Below are positions 39,959 through 55,268 of a stretch of 64,000 nucleotides of DNA, piece after piece. The position numbers and the translations under genes were made by a program. This stretch comes from Bigelowiella natans CCMP2755 (Eukaryota > Protista > Cercozoa). The stretch is taken from positions 8,502-72,501 of the forward strand of contig ADNK01002630.1 in assembly GCA_000320545.1 (NCBI GenBank), read 5' to 3'. The notes below the pieces were generated by a model. That model saw only the letters and a program-made list of their open reading frames with translations. It had not been told where the DNA came from and made no database searches. Positions within the stretch are counted from its first letter, which is position 1. The number at the start of each line of letters is the position of its first letter.

Positions 39959-40218
39959 ACACGCACGCACGCACGCATAAATATCTACCCAACCTACACA
40001 TACAAAATGCACAAATAAATGCTTCGAGAGGTTTTGCTTCGGAAACACAAGCATCACCACGTATTGACATACCCTCACAGGAGTAAGGCCCCACCCCTCT
40101 GGGGCAAGAAGAATCGGTAGCGTCACAGACTGAATGAAGAGAGAAACACATCCCCTTAACACGAGAATCATTTCTTAAAGAGCTCAAACCATACGACGTA
40201 ACCGCAATTTTGCCCCAG

Positions 40219-41457
40219 CTAATTCGTCCTAGCTAGCAACCCCTCCATCCACGATTTCATCAAAACCTCATCATTGCCCACTGCTGAGCGTGCAATACAT
40301 GGTTCGTCTGAGCTCACGCGCTCATTGGGGGCGGAGTCGAAGGGAATATACTTCGTGGAATGGATGGAAACATCTCTCTACCCTAATAATACCTGGATAA
40401 GGAAGGTCGTATAGCTGAGCTCGGCCAGCACTCGCACCGTCTTCAAGGACCACGGTGTGGCGGGTGAAACACAGCAGCGGTGCGCAGACACGGTACAATC
40501 CAACATCAAATCAAACGCTCAAACGGTTTTTTTTTTTAATGGGGGGAAAAAATTTAAAAAAATAAAATCGTTAGTTTGCAGCCGCATGCACAAAAAAAAC
40601 AATCCGTTCTCCCAGGCCAGGCGCTCTCTCCGGAGCTATGCTTCGGAGCATGCACTCTTTCCCCCATCCGTTCACCCAAAAACACCAAAGCAAAAAACCA
40701 AAAGTAGGCAACAACACCTTTGAAGTCAAAATGGCCGTCATCGCCCTTTGGCCGGTGTTCTGCGGAGAGAGATCGCGCTGCTGGCCGACCCAAAACACAA
40801 TCGCTCGCGCAATTGCAAAGGAAAACAACGGGGGAACAAGCACCTTTGGGGAAGCGGGCGAGAGGGAGACGAAGAAACACAAATCAGAAAAGCACAAGAT
40901 GAGCGTCTCGCCTTTTACTCATATGATTTTCACATAGGATAATGCCACCTCCTCCTCCTCCTCCTCCTCCTCCTCAAACATCACGCAACGTCATTTAAGG
41001 TAGAAAGCTGTGTTGTCCTTCCATCGGCCATATTAGCGACGAGTATGTGTGAGCGCATTTGTGGAGGAAGAACAAGAAGGCGTAGAGAACAACGAAGAAG
41101 AAGAGGAAGAAGTAGAAGAAGAAACACAGGCTCGTTACTGGGGGAAACAATGTCAAGCTCGTTGACCTCAATTATCTTGGTGAGAAAAGGCTCATCCTCC
41201 TCTAACGCTTTCCCCCAAGGTTGGCCTAAGGACAGCATATATCACTGTATACTGACGTATTAATATATTTATAGTCATGGCTTATAATATCAGCTGCGCT
41301 TTATGCTTGCCTCTGCTCGGCGTCCAAGGCTGCAGTGCATACGTTCCAAGCACCACGAGCGCCGCAAACGCCAAACTCAACCTGTTTTATACGAAGCAGC
41401 AACAAAGTCGAGCGGCGTCAATGCGAGCTCACAATTACTAAATACGCGCTCACAAGC

Positions 41458-41494
<37 letters not shown>

Positions 41495-42165
41495 TATTTT
41501 ATATCCACTCTCCTCAGCAGCGTCAATGCATTTATGGCGAGTATGCCCTTGCTATCTACATGACAAAAACCGCATCTTTCATGCTGCGACATCGTTAGCA
41601 TACCGATGAAACATGATAGCGACCACGGTAGGATGAAAGCGGCTCTGCTGCTGCTGCTGCTGCTGCTGCTTGGTTACACGTGACTCCTTCTGCGAAGTAG
41701 ACGAGAGGTCTTGCAATGGCAGCTCGTGCTTCAAGACGTAATCCCCTCCTTCAATCGCCTAAGTGGGATCATGGGGGAGGAGATGAGGAATTGTCTATAT
41801 GAGTCTTGTCGGAGAGGGAAAAGGGGAGGTGACACACGATACATGCTTCCTAACGAGGCTCTCCCCCCGCCCCCCTTCTCCATAGCAGGTTCCAACCAAA
41901 AGCAAAGCTGCTATTTGGTTCCCCGCGGGGACGCGGCCCAACCCCCTCCGTGAGTAGGAGCAAAAACAAAAGGAGGAAATGGAAAGGAATAACCAAGCCG
42001 GCACTAATCAATCGACTCAGGACGAAGGCGCGTTGTAACTACCATGCAGGCCCATATGCCGGCTATGTAAGGGCTCAAGTGCGTGGCCAAGCTATTCGCG
42101 TACCAGATCGGCTTTTCGAGATAAAACGCACTGGGTAGACGAACACAAAATAATAATAACATCGG

Positions 42166-42209
<44 letters not shown>

Positions 42210-42975
42210 TGTGTGTGTGTGTGTGTGTGATGTTTATTTATATATTACATATAACAAACGAAGGAATTTCATTCTCCAACCACATCTCCAGGATGCACAT
42301 GCACAACACAAAACACACGCAGCCGAGTGGTAAAAGGCTGTTCTCCAGCAAGCAAATCAACTGGGTTTCCACACCTATACGCTCGAATCACGATGCCGAC
42401 GAAGAAGAAGATAACTAGACCTATATTTCAGCGCATTGGCCCACAACAAGCAACAACAACAGCATCACATGATCAAAATTGAGAAAGCTGTGGTCATTGA
42501 GAGAGAAAAGGATTTACTAACTAGACGGACAAAGGGGGTGCGTGCGCAGCACGCGAATACAAAACCGAAGGACACCCTAAAGACTCTACTCATTTCACCT
42601 CTCCCGTCATTGAGGAAAAACGCAAAAGCTGCAGCTTTGCCCCCGCGATCGATCCGCTGTCCGATCAAGTATCTGCGAAGAACCTGCAAGGAAAAACAGC
42701 TCACTACTACCATCCATCTCCTCGCTGTCTACTCGTTAGTGCACGTCGATCCAGCAAGCAATAGAGTGGAAATGAAATTGAGAAAAAAACCAAAAAAAGG
42801 GTACATGATATTGATATGTACATATTAGATGGCTCTGCGCATTATTGCAAGCTGCCTCCAAGCATTTTCTTTGAAAAGCGCTTATCTGCGGCGCTGGGTT
42901 TCTTACCGGTGTTACGAGGAGATGGAACTGCATATCGACGGCCCTGTTCGCACCATCAGCAGCCCGACAACAAAC

Positions 42976-43044
<69 letters not shown>

Positions 43045-43524
43045 CAAAAAATAATATCGTCTTGGCCTTTTTGCACAGATATTACTGAAAAATACTCATA
43101 CGCGCAGCTACATGCTGCAAATGCTCTTTCTAAGAATCCCCACAGGCAACCGCATCGATCGTATCGGCCAAGCATGCCAAGTGCTACATCGTCATGGTTT
43201 TCGAGGTAATTTCGCTCATCATCATCATCACGATCGTCATCATCATCATCATCACAATCGTCATCATCATCATCATCACCGTCGTCATCATTATCATCAT
43301 TATCATCATCGTCGTCGTCATTACGTTGTCCAAGAGAACATCAGGCTCGCTAGGCCGGCAGGATGCAAGTTTTGAATCATCCTGATGATGAAGAGGAAGT
43401 GGAGGGGGGGGGGGGGGGGGGGGGGGGGGTAAAAAAAACGAAAACAACGGGAATAAGACTGTCTACATCGCTTCGATTCTGCGCTCTCTTGCTTACTTTA
43501 TTCAAGATATACTGATCTCCACTT

Positions 43525-43565
<41 letters not shown>

Positions 43566-44997
43566 ACATAATATTAATACATATTATATCATCGTGTGTG
43601 CTTGAGTTATCAGCGGGCACTTTGCAATGTGAGAAGTGCCTCGCACACTACGCCTAATAGCTGTTTTTTTGCAGAGAAGCAAGCGTTCATCAGCGTTCAT
43701 TTCACTATAAATGTTGGTTAGTTTGCGGCTATATGAATTATCGTTACAGGAGGTGGTACGGCAAGGCCTTGAAGCAGCTCGAGCGCATATTGTATGGGTT
43801 CTATCGGAACCACAACATTTAATATGAGTCGGCGAGGCATCATAACGTTAAGGAAAACAATAGTTCCTGAAATATACTATTTGTATACGAAAATCCAATG
43901 AACTACCAATATCGCTTCAAGCGCAAAAGCAGCCATATGCGGGGGAAGGAGCCGCAAATAGCGTGAAACCAGCGACGTCCAATAGCCTCCATATCTACAC
44001 AACAGCAAAACATACACGCGGAAATTGAGCAGGATTCCTACCAGACCTGACCTCACCCGAAGAAGCTTGCCGAAAACGCGAACATTCATAAGCTATTGCC
44101 CTTAAAAGAACAAGACGAGACTATTTCGTCTCGGGCTGCTTGTTATATGATAGCTACAATGGAGCCGATTCTCAAGGGTGCTTACTTTCGGCGATAAACC
44201 GAGCGCGCGAATAAAAACCCCGACAGCACCTGATGCGAAGGACAACGCAGAGAGGGACAATGCGGTTGGTAATACGACCTAGGGAAAAAGAAACGAAGAG
44301 TTCGGCTTGCGTGTGAACTTACTTGGAAGATGTCAACTGCGCGCTCTCCTGATTGGGTATGAACAGAAATCCAGGATGAATTGGGGCTCTATACTCAGTG
44401 CGCGTGGCACACTTCGCAGAATGTTTACTGACCAAGTCGCAGGACTCTGATTAGCGGAGACTGGAAGAACGCTCGCTGGTAGGCGTCTTTACCTGTTGAT
44501 AATGAAGGCCGCCACTATGAGAAACACGTGTATTGAAAGGCAGTAGACTAATGAGAACGAGGGTGGTAAAATTGAGCGGGTGTTACCATACGGGAACTTA
44601 GAATCCATTGAATCGGGCGCTATTGTCATCGTCATCCAGTGGAAGAATAGCACCTGTTATTCGGTCATCATATAGCATATCGAAACTCGAGCCAAAAGAG
44701 CACTATCACTACCGTTAGCACTGCGACGACTCGAAGTCCATCAATGATTATGATCCTCTCCCTCACTTTCCCAGGCCACCGGCCACTACATGTCAGCCCG
44801 AAAAGCTCCCTGTGCGTAATTAGCGTCATCTTTAGAGAGACACTTCGGGGAAAAAGTCACGCGTCGTCTTCGTTGATAAGGTTATTCGACCTAATCACCG
44901 GCACTTTCTCAAGTATCGATGGCTTAGAGGGAAGGGGCGAGGCCCGTATTCGTGCGAATCTTGATGATCGGGCGGGGTTGTTTCCTCCATTGCTCAT
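40219..44997 (-). CDS. Intron-dense hypothetical protein (boundaries approximate)
   Basis: Repeated minus-strand ag/gt-bounded coding-like blocks (MSNGGNNPARSSRF.., GKDAYQRAFFQSPLIRVL, FYLEKPIWYANSLATHLSPY, LGQPWGKALEEDEPFLTKIIEVNELD) between microsatellite introns. No family recognised. Confidence 0.4.
43216..43322. repeat. Imperfect (ATC)n trinucleotide microsatellite, probably intronic
   Basis: catcatcatcacgatcgtcatcatcat... directly visible; followed by a poly-G tract at ~43404-43429. Confidence 0.85.
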
Positions 44998-45449
44998 TCT
45001 CCCGTGGTTATCCCCCCTCCGACCATCCTCTCTTCCTGGCCTGTAGAACTGATCAACGATGATCAGCCTTTCAGCTCCTACGATGTCTCCAAACATAACA
45101 AAAATATATTTTTTACAGGTGAAAATGCTCCGAAGTCAACAACTTTCTCATTAGACGACAATAAAACGCCCTATTTCTCACAGTGAGCAATTCAAGCAGA
45201 CCAGGGACTAAGGAGCTTACTTCTTCTGCGAATTGCGGATTGAATCATGGATTGATTTAATGTCGCCCATGTCAAACCGTATGTATTATCCAAATTTTAT
45301 AAAATACTCCAGAATCAATTGTCTCTATAATTAATTTACATGACAATTTGTATTTTAATTTCATCTTTATTCTTATCGAGAGAACTTCGTAAATATTTTG
45401 CCAGATTAATAATTCTTTCTGCCACGTAACCTCTGAAGCGATACCCCCC

Positions 45450-46624
45450 CCTCGTCAGCTTCACGGCGACTGCAGCAGAAGGACAAAGCACTCGGAAGTC
45501 ATTTGCTTCGATGTAAGTGCAATTAATGAATCATATCATCTCGTGTAACGGGAAAGTGAGTAGGCTGAAAAGTGGATATAAAGCTTTGTTTTCGGATGAA
45601 AGTCTCATATTAACGCCACTGTGCTCTCCCCTTTCCTCTTCACTGCTGCCACTAGGAGCTTCAGTTTCTCACATGAGGATGATGCGGTAGAGGATGCTAA
45701 ATGATTGAATTCATTGATTGTTTTTAGAGGGCGAAATCGCCGTCGGTAGCAATATCTGAATCTCATGAATACACCGCCCCCCCCCCCCCCTTTCCAGATC
45801 ACCGAGAACGCTCCTGGGAACCCAACGATTGTTATAAAGGTTGGGAATTACGCTTATTTTCTGCATCCTACAGATATATTTCTTTGTTGACTTGTATCGT
45901 TTGAATAGATTTTGAAAGATTCGTTTCTTTCGAGCATGTTTACGAATTGCCATCTCTAACACGTATTCTCTGAGTCCCCCGCCTCCTAAAAATTAGCAGC
46001 CCACTTTGACTCTCCGACGATTGGTATTATTAGGTTGGAACCTCCAGTCTCGTCGATGCGAATACTGGGCTCCCAGCTCTTTCGAAGATCGCTTGTTTGA
46101 TAGAGGTTGTTTTTGTTACTCAAGATATTCTTAACCCCCCCTTCCGATGAAGGCCTTAGTTATACAACTAGTAGGTCACAAGAGTTTCTCGCAATTATTG
46201 GATTTTAAATGGCAAAAACAAGACTTTGACATTTAAAATTCACCATTTTCGCTTCTATTCCTCCCCCCCCCCCCCCATTTACCCCTGTGTATAGAACGTG
46301 TGCATCCTCAAACGTCAAAAGCTCAACGTCGTTTTGGTACTATGGATCAAATTCTTCTTGATTCACATCATAAATCGAATAGCTGATACAAATAGTCCAA
46401 TCTTAGTAGCTATCCGAGAGGAAGCAAAGGATTTTTGGGGGTTACTTGCAAGCACTCGCAGTTGCATTAGATAGGCCCTTCTGATGATTTGAAAGGTATC
46501 TTCTGGAGCTGTAGGGTTCGGGTGTTTAGCTCTCAATCTAAAGGTCTTTCTTTGCGAGATGCGTATTAGCACATGATTCTGACAATCGTAGTCACGCGTA
46601 CTAACATACACGCGCTCGCATTCG

Positions 46625-46661
<37 letters not shown>

Positions 46662-46894
46662 TCACACACATACATATTAGAAGAGTTATACGTACTGTAT
46701 ATGCTGTTTTGGTTGTGAATTAGGAACGACCTTCCGGCGTGATGATGAAACAGGTGTGTGAGAGTGGATTTGGATAAAAAATAAGCATTTCTACGGCGAA
46801 ATGCCCTCTTCAAGCGACTGTAACCGATTTTAGCTGCTCCTCCAATAGTTATTGTAGTAGAATTATGCTACATTGAGAGCCTTTTCCGTCTGGG

Positions 46895-46948
<54 letters not shown>

Positions 46949-47949
46949 TTGCGTGTATGCGTGTTTAAACGTATATGGTTAATGGTTGACACGCACAGGC
47001 ATTAGCGGCGACGGGGCAGGCAAAGCTGATGGAACTCTATGGAAGAATGTTCAATGTAAAATGAATAAACTACTAACTGGAATTTAGAGACTTCTGCAGT
47101 CTGTTTAAGCGTGTCGCAGCTCGATGCAACCACCGAAGGCCGCGCCGCGAGCCCTTCCCCGTTGATTTATTAAACTACGGGTGCCTTTCAAACACAGTCA
47201 CTTGGGGAGTCGTGCGCGCAAGTGCTGCTTACATATGAGAACCTTGGTATTTATCTTCTTTTTCAATGTTGTTGTGGGTGAATGCTACTACTACTAGTTG
47301 TTAGGTGTTTTACGCTTATGTGTATGTGTGTGGGGGGGGGGGGGGGAGGGTGGGGGGGAGGAAGACTCAAACTAACACACGTGCAAAATAATTTCTATCA
47401 CAGCACTTTAAATGACATTAAGGCTTCATTCAGCCGTGACTTTGAATCAGCACAGTGCCTCCTATTGACAGAGGAGGCATTTGGAGGCTTATGTAGTAGT
47501 ATCGTGGGAATCTGCGCGTGTTCATTTGCGGCGTGCCGTGCTGATCAACCATAAATTCCCACTCAGGAAATCGAAGTCAGCACAAGAATGCAATAAACAC
47601 ATTTGAAGGTAGTTTCATCGGGCAAAACCAGTCACGATGATGATGACGCCGGCAGCGACGATTATTGAGTCGGTGTGGAGATGAGAGAACCCCCCGCCTT
47701 TATTTGTGCTTTCTCTCAGCGTTATTCAAGCTAGGTGTGGTTCCCATTGTTAACGAAAACGACACGGTGAAAGCTGCGATGATATTTTATGGCGCTGCTA
47801 CTATAAATATATTGTGCATCTTATCGTAATCTATCCTTCGCTGTGTTCTCTACGATCTCGACGTGATAGTTTGCCTCGTGCAGCTAAGCGTTAGAAAGAG
47901 GAAATATGATGCTTTCAGTAGGGAGTATATAATACATATCGTATAGCAC

Positions 47950-48002
<53 letters not shown>

Positions 48003-48654
48003 GAAGTGCGGGCAGAACTAACGTTTGAACTTGCAAATGTACCTTCCCACAGGTTGCAGTCGAGGAGCTGAGATTCGGTGAAATTGCAGTTAGCTATAGT
48101 ACGGCGGTGCTGCTAGGTGTTGCGTGGTTCAATTAAACGGCATTACTATTTTGAAATGTAATATGTTCATATTGAAATATATGATGCATTATATGATATA
48201 CGAAGGTGATAACGATTGCCTCTCCGCAATGGTAGCGTCGATGCTAAAGGCGAAGTAAGAACACCTCCAATTGTTGTTTCCGTCACGCCAACGCCGTGAG
48301 TCATAACCCGCATCTTCCTATCGCAGGCACCTGATAATCCTCACTGATGTCGACGGCTTGTACACATCAAATCCCACGAAAGATCCGGTTTGGCAGCTGT
48401 AGCATCGTTTGTGTGTTTTCGAGAGAGAGAGAATAAGATCGCATTGTCTCCATGAACACACCATTAATTCTTCTTGTCTTTGCTGTGTATTGTTGTTGTG
48501 GTTGTTGTTGTTTTGTTGTTGGCCGTGGTGGCGGTGGTGCTGCAGGAGGCAAAACGGATAGAAGTCGTTGAAGATATAGAGTCGCTAAACGTCGATGTTT
48601 CGGTATTATTATTAATAGACAAACGATAATATGCAGATGCCCGCATTCTTATGA

Positions 48655-48698
<44 letters not shown>

Positions 48699-49961
48699 GT
48701 TTCTCTCTGTGGTGTGTGTGTGTGTGTGTGTGTGTGAGTGTACTATAGAGCGACGTGTATAATGATTGAATGTGAGAATGGCTCGATGTTAAGCACCTCC
48801 CTTCTGGCAAGCTGTTTTGCAAACAATAAATATTGCAACGACGCAATTTCATTATAACTACTCGTTCACAATCCGGGCTATGATGCATCGTTCCTTCCCT
48901 TTCTCCCTTCCCCGCCCCCCCTCCCCCCCGCCACGGTGCCTTTTGGCGCACAGTCAAAAGGATCTTCACTAGGGACGGGAGGTGGGTAAATTAGTAGGCT
49001 TGCTGCTACCAATACAGCAAAATCCGTTACAAAAACCTTTGCAGAGGAGGAGTGAGAGAAGGGAAAATAGAGCGGAGCAGAAAGCGTTGCTTTTCTATGA
49101 AGAGATAATATAAGAGAGAGAGAGAGAGAAGGCGAGAGGGAGAGAATGAGCAAGGAGAAAATTCCTACGTTAATACTTCAAATTCCATAGTCAGTTATTG
49201 CATTCTTATCGCTTGCCACTTCGGTCTACTACTGCTTCTTCTCTTTCCATTTCGTCTCGTATTTTCTTGCCGTCGCGAAGGAATGGCCACCAAAATCACG
49301 GCCGCAAAGCTAGCAACTGCATCTGGTTGGTACATGCACAAGATTCTAATCAGGAGATTTTTGACTTTCCTACTTTTTAAATAATAATCTGCATGTATAT
49401 ATCCGCTAATGACACGCAGCAAGAATATACAAAATCCACCACGCTTTCACGCGCCCATGCTTGCAGTAGTGCCGTAGTAATAGTAGTAGTAGTCGTAGTA
49501 GTAGTGGTAGGTAGTAGCGAAGACGACGTAGTAGTTATGAAATGGGAAGCATCAGTAAAGCTGCTAAAGCTCTTAAACTTAAAAAGGAGTAAATGTATAA
49601 CTTTAGCAAGCGAGATGAACTACTAGCACCACAAATTAGTATCTGCCAATACACTCGACTGAATACGATGTTCTCGCTGATGAAAGGTGTCAGAATGTCC
49701 ATCGTCTCCGCGGCGGATCCGGCAGTTATTGTTCAGGTTGGGAGCGGCGTCGCTGGGAATCACGCCGACAATTTTTCGCCTAAAATTGCAAAAAATATTT
49801 TCTCGGAATGTGACAAGCCCAGCGGCGATAATTTGGTGTTGGCTTTGTAGCGTCGTTGGGACGTGCAACGTCCGCCTGTGTCTTAAAGTCTTGATGATAC
49901 ATCTCTCTTTGTGTGCCAATTCTCGTTCCGTATTAGCACGTGTGTGTATTGAGGAAAAGAA

Positions 49962-49994
<33 letters not shown>

Positions 49995-50141
49995 ATTTTG
50001 ATTCTTATTGCTTTTTGATGAAATCTGCTGATTGTATATGCTTTCCTATTCAGGTGCTGAAAGGTGATAAAGTCGGGACGTTGTTTAAAGTAGGCCATGA
50101 TAGTAACACTAGATACGTGAAGATATTACATAATATACGTG

Positions 50142-50183
<42 letters not shown>

Positions 50184-51199
50184 GTTGTGTGTGTGTGTGT
50201 ATTAATATATTCACACGCACTATGTGTATAGAGCTTATAGATAACGAGTGTACGCATACCACGTTTTCCTTTCATTCGTCAATATTGATGCTGAAGCTCG
50301 CTGGGTTATCCCTCAGAAGCGCACGTTGAAAACTAGTAAGGACAAAAAGCGTTGGATTGCTGGCCTCCCGGTCGTGATAGGAGAACCATGCCGGGGAAAG
50401 GAGACGGGGGGGAAGGGGGGGGGGGAAGATAGAATAGACAAAACAAAAACGAAGAAGTAGAGAACCATTAGGCTTTTCTGCGCTACTGCCTGCCTTGAAA
50501 TGGATAAGCATCATTCGCCGTGCCAACATAGAAACATATTTCATTTTGGTATTTTAGCTGAATGCATAAGATTAATGATGAAACTGAAATGTATTGGGGT
50601 TGTTCTCAAATGCCGCCTTAACCGTCGCTTCAACCCAAACCGCAGGCCCGGCAGTTCTTATATCTGGATAAGGGCGCTGTGAGCGCAGTGATGAAGAAAA
50701 AATCACTATATGCGGCCGGAATCCAGAAAATTCGAGGAAAGTCAGTGAATATTTACACTACGTGATATTAGCAGAGATGGGTGCGCCTAGATTTGTTTGG
50801 CAAAAGCTTGTCCTTATAGAAAAAGTGTGGACTTTCTGTAAAGTTGTCTTTTTTGAGTGGTCTATTTATTTCGTCGATAACGATGGATGTTATTCGTTGC
50901 TTTTTTTACCCAGATTCCCTGCTAACGTAGCGATCGGCTTGTGTGATATGAAAGGTGTTTAGGCAGCTTTCTTATTAGCAGCAGCGGCTGCAGCACACGG
51001 CAGTAGCGCCAAACCTCTCACGAATGCCTAGTAGTTTCAAATGCCTCTGCCACTAAGATATTCCTCCTGGTTATCTTGTCTATGCTGAAAGCAAAACTTA
51101 GTTTTTGAACTGAAAAGAAACTAGCTTTTTTAAAAATCTTTCTTCACCAATTTAGGCTAGTGCATTTACATTTGTATATTAACCAAAAGAATATAAATA

Positions 51200-51238
<39 letters not shown>

Positions 51239-51536
51239 GTCATCAATTGATATCCGAATATTTCAAAAAATGGATTCTTGGATTAGACAAAGTTACCGAT
51301 TTAGATACCAATGCCTCGAAGCATCTGTTTTTGAGCAGTACTCACCTTTGGGCTATTCTTCTCGTTTTCCGGTCGTTCGTTTATCGTAGGAAATGTATTT
51401 GCGCAAGGATTGGTCAATTACTCAAGGTAACGACAGATATGAAACTACAACTTAAATAGTCAAGGAACTTTTGTCAGACGTATATTAGCACCTCTCTATT
51501 CATGGAGCAGAACTCCACGTATCCTATGTTTAAATC

Positions 51537-51576
<40 letters not shown>

Positions 51577-51960
51577 CGTATATTTGTGCTTACTCTATTT
51601 GCCTGTAACATCAGCGTGGAGCTGGATATGCTGAAAGGAAAGCAAATGAATGAATGCTTTGAGGTCAATGCATGCAGAAAGTCTAGTGAACGATGAGCGA
51701 TCCCTCGTCGTCTAAAGAATTACTAGAATTTTTACTGATGAAGATCTTAGCATTTCTTCCACCACTCACCGCATTGGGAATTGATTTTTCCGTTAGAGTC
51801 TTGGCTATTATGGGGCTGAATGCGTGATACATCGAGGAAATATCGTCCTTTTCCAGGTCGTCTTGCCGCTTGTTTGTTGCGTTCAGACTACTGCGCACTC
51901 GGAATTGCAACTTCTATGGGTTTCGAAAACTTCGTTAAATAAACAGCCAAATGCATTTGA

Positions 51961-51996
<36 letters not shown>

Positions 51997-52203
51997 GCGC
52001 GCGCGCGAAAACATACGTGACTACATAAATTGGATGTTTAGTTCGATCCCTCAGCAGCTTCTCCGAAGCAAGTTTTCCGGGTCTCAAGCATCGAGAGCAT
52101 TCCATCGCAGGACCTCAACGAGGCGGTGAAGCCTAGTGGTAGTAGCGTGGTGTCGTCTTCAAAAATCAAAGGCGAAACAAACGAAGAGACCAAAAAGACT
52201 TGA
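45450..52203 (+). CDS. Intron-dense hypothetical gene (possibly more than one gene; start unresolved)
   Basis: Many plus-strand ag/gt-bounded blocks (e.g. ~46471-46561, ~50054-50090, ~50646-50740). A plausible last exon ASPKQVFRVSSIESIPSQDLNEAVKP..ETKKT* ends at 52203. No family recognised. Confidence 0.35.
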
Positions 52204-53646
52204 CGTACACTGCATGTTAAGGAGTTCTAAAAAATCATTAAAGCACAGACAACAGCAATTAGAAAATCTGTACCTGGCTAGCTAGGGGCGCCCGGTTGAT
52301 CATGCTGCTTAATCTAGCAATGTCAGTATGGTTGTTTCACGTGCTGCACGATGTCTAGACTTGTTGGTGCGATGCTTCTTTTTGATGGAAGGCTGTGAAA
52401 CGTGACATTTCTGATTTGCATGCTAGCATGTGCGCATGCTAGCATGGACAACATTAGAACAAGAACGCATTTCAACGACCTGTACTGGCGTCTTGCGTGT
52501 GACTCCTCTAGCTAGCTAGCCGGTTAGTCCTGCACATTATTGCAGCATCGTTTTTCCAAGTCATGCACATAGCTGCAACGTGCTGCGCAGCAAATCACAG
52601 GATGCTCGATGAAAGACTTTGAACAGCTAGTGCTGGTTTGCGCTGCGCGGCGATGTGCTAGGCCTGCATGCACCACACAGCTCCGTCAAACCTGCAACGA
52701 ATTGCCAGAACATGCATGTGGAAGCTTTTGCGCGCGACCAAGCGCGTCATGTGATGTGATGGACATTAAATTGGATTTGCTCGCATTTCTTTGAAATTTT
52801 TCGTGCACATCACATTTGGTTGAACACACGCGCAAAAGCATTCAAAATGTGGCAGAGAACAAACGCGCAGCGTGCATCCTCTGCACTATCGGGTGTGAAT
52901 TTTCACACTTTGCGCGCTCACTGAGGCCTTGAAGATGGACATTTAGGTCAATGTTTCGGTCATTTTTTGAGCGAGGTTTGGCCATCGGACAAGTTCTGAT
53001 GACTTTTCTTTGACCAACTGCAACTGCCTGCTGCTTCAAAGCGCGTCGCAAAGCGCTGCACTGTTCACAACTCCGTCGTTACCGGGTTTGACGGAGCTGT
53101 GTGCATGTCTGTCACAACTCACAACAGACACAGCAATGCTAGAATGTGGCAAATGTGTTGTGCATGCATCATGTTGCATGTCCATCATGCACTCGCAAAG
53201 CTGAGATTGCTGCAAACTGTGCTGCAGAACTTGATGTGCACAACGCAGACAATGCAGCCACTAGATACAGTTGTCAGATCGCATCTAGACGTACATCCGT
53301 GCTCGAGCAGCGTCTCGCCCATGCATGCATGCTAGCTCTGCATCAATGCGACAGTATCAGCGAAACAGCCCATTAGCTTCGCGTCATATGTGACTCCGAA
53401 ATGAAAGCGTTTTGCGTTTGATGTGCATAAAATGGTGGGCAGAACAGCCGGACGAGCATGCCACCATGAAGAGGAACTGACAAGTATTCTTTCTTAGTCA
53501 CAAATTCTAATTGCCTACATGCTCGCCGCACGTGGCCACGAAATAAAGACGACGGAGCGTCATCACGCAAAATAACTATTTAACCCTGCGAGACGCTTTA
53601 ACAGAATATATTCGGACGAGATTATCGGTGTTATCATAGAGTTTCA

Positions 53647-54011
53647 TTAGCTAGCTAGGGATATGGATCTTCGGCTAAACATGAACGAGTATTGGAGAGA
53701 ATTTGAGCGATGTTCTGTATCTGGTTCTGCATTTGTCACCCTGTACGTTCCTATGGATTTCTATAATCGACTGGAGTGGCTGCACGCTGATAAGGATGGG
53801 GAACGGCTGTTTCTTCACTCATCGTCTCGGAGAGAGATCTCGATCATATCCTCAAGCATATGCTTTTCGAGGTTGTACAGGGAGAGCGACTTTCGCATGT
53901 TGTTTCCGATGAGAGTCGCAATTCCAATCACGATCAGCCCTGCGCGGACAACGGAAAAAGGAAGAAACGGGAAAGAAGTATGAGGAAAAAACGACGAAGG
54001 AATAAGAATAT

Positions 54012-54052
<41 letters not shown>

Positions 54053-54550
54053 AAAGACTCGAGAATGGAGAGGAGATCACATCACGAATCTGCATTGATA
54101 ACTTTCTGAAGCGTTCATTAATCAGTATGCAAATACACCTGCTCCGACCCCCAATCTCTCCCGTCTCCGCCTCTCCCTTTGCTCTTGGGGAGAGGAGGTC
54201 ACGCTCTGTGCATTTGCGCTGAGTTCTGAGAAACAACACAACAATATCAACAACAACAACGGAAGTATTCTTTTTTAACTTTCCTCAAAAAAGAAGAGAC
54301 CACACTAACGACACACAGACGCACACACATGCACGAACTCGCGCGCACACACGCACGAACTCGCGCGCGCAAGCTGAGTGTATCTCCATATGTAATATAA
54401 TATATCATATATTACATATACATAGAAGGAAATCACGAACGATATGTATATGATCGATTGATGATGCGTATCATCCATATAGTAGTACGACACAACCAAA
54501 ATCGTCGTGTTAAACGATGTGATTACCGTTTGCGCTGTTTCGCATAGAGA

Positions 54551-54582
<32 letters not shown>

Positions 54583-54598
54583 CTATACATGTTATAAC

Positions 54599-54640
<42 letters not shown>

Positions 54641-55232
54641 GCATATATGCACATGCATTTATATCTTAACATTTGTTACATATTACTCTTCTTATCTCCA
54701 AATCCAGACATTGCAAGCATTGCGTTACTGCGTGTCAGATTACAAATACTTTGAGAGCAGTAGATTAGCGAATTGCAGCACAGACATTCATATGTTCAGA
54801 AGAAAATAAATATATTAGTCTATAATGCATATATATTTATATATATATATATATATATATATAATATGAATATATGTATTGAATGATAGTAATTTATTTA
54901 ACTTACATTCTCTCTCCCCAATCTTCATTTGTCCAACCGAGAGGCCTTCGTGCTAGAAGAAATGTAACCTTTGACCATGGCAAGAAGGTAGTCAGACTCA
55001 AACTGAGAGAAGTGCTGGCCGATCGCGCGGAAACAGATAGCGTGTGTGTGACCCCCATCGATATGTTTAGTGTTAGTTAGCTTGAGGTAGGTCTATTAAT
55101 AACAACTGGCATCTGCATTAGTACATAAACTAAAATATCAAAAACGAACATACCAATAGGATATAATCAATATTTATAAGGAATCGTGTGTGTGTAGCTA
55201 CCAGATCGTCGTAAAGGCGCTGGGAGAACCTG

Positions 55233-55268
<36 letters not shown>

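Noticed and set aside
43112-43447. His-rich / Met-rich / Ile-rich small proteins
   Set aside because: Translations of an (ATC)n microsatellite.
52609-53376. Intact Cys-rich zinc-finger or transposase gene in the island
   Set aside because: Frames are broken by stops, and the Cys/His richness follows from TG/CA bias; no catalytic motif or terminal repeats seen.
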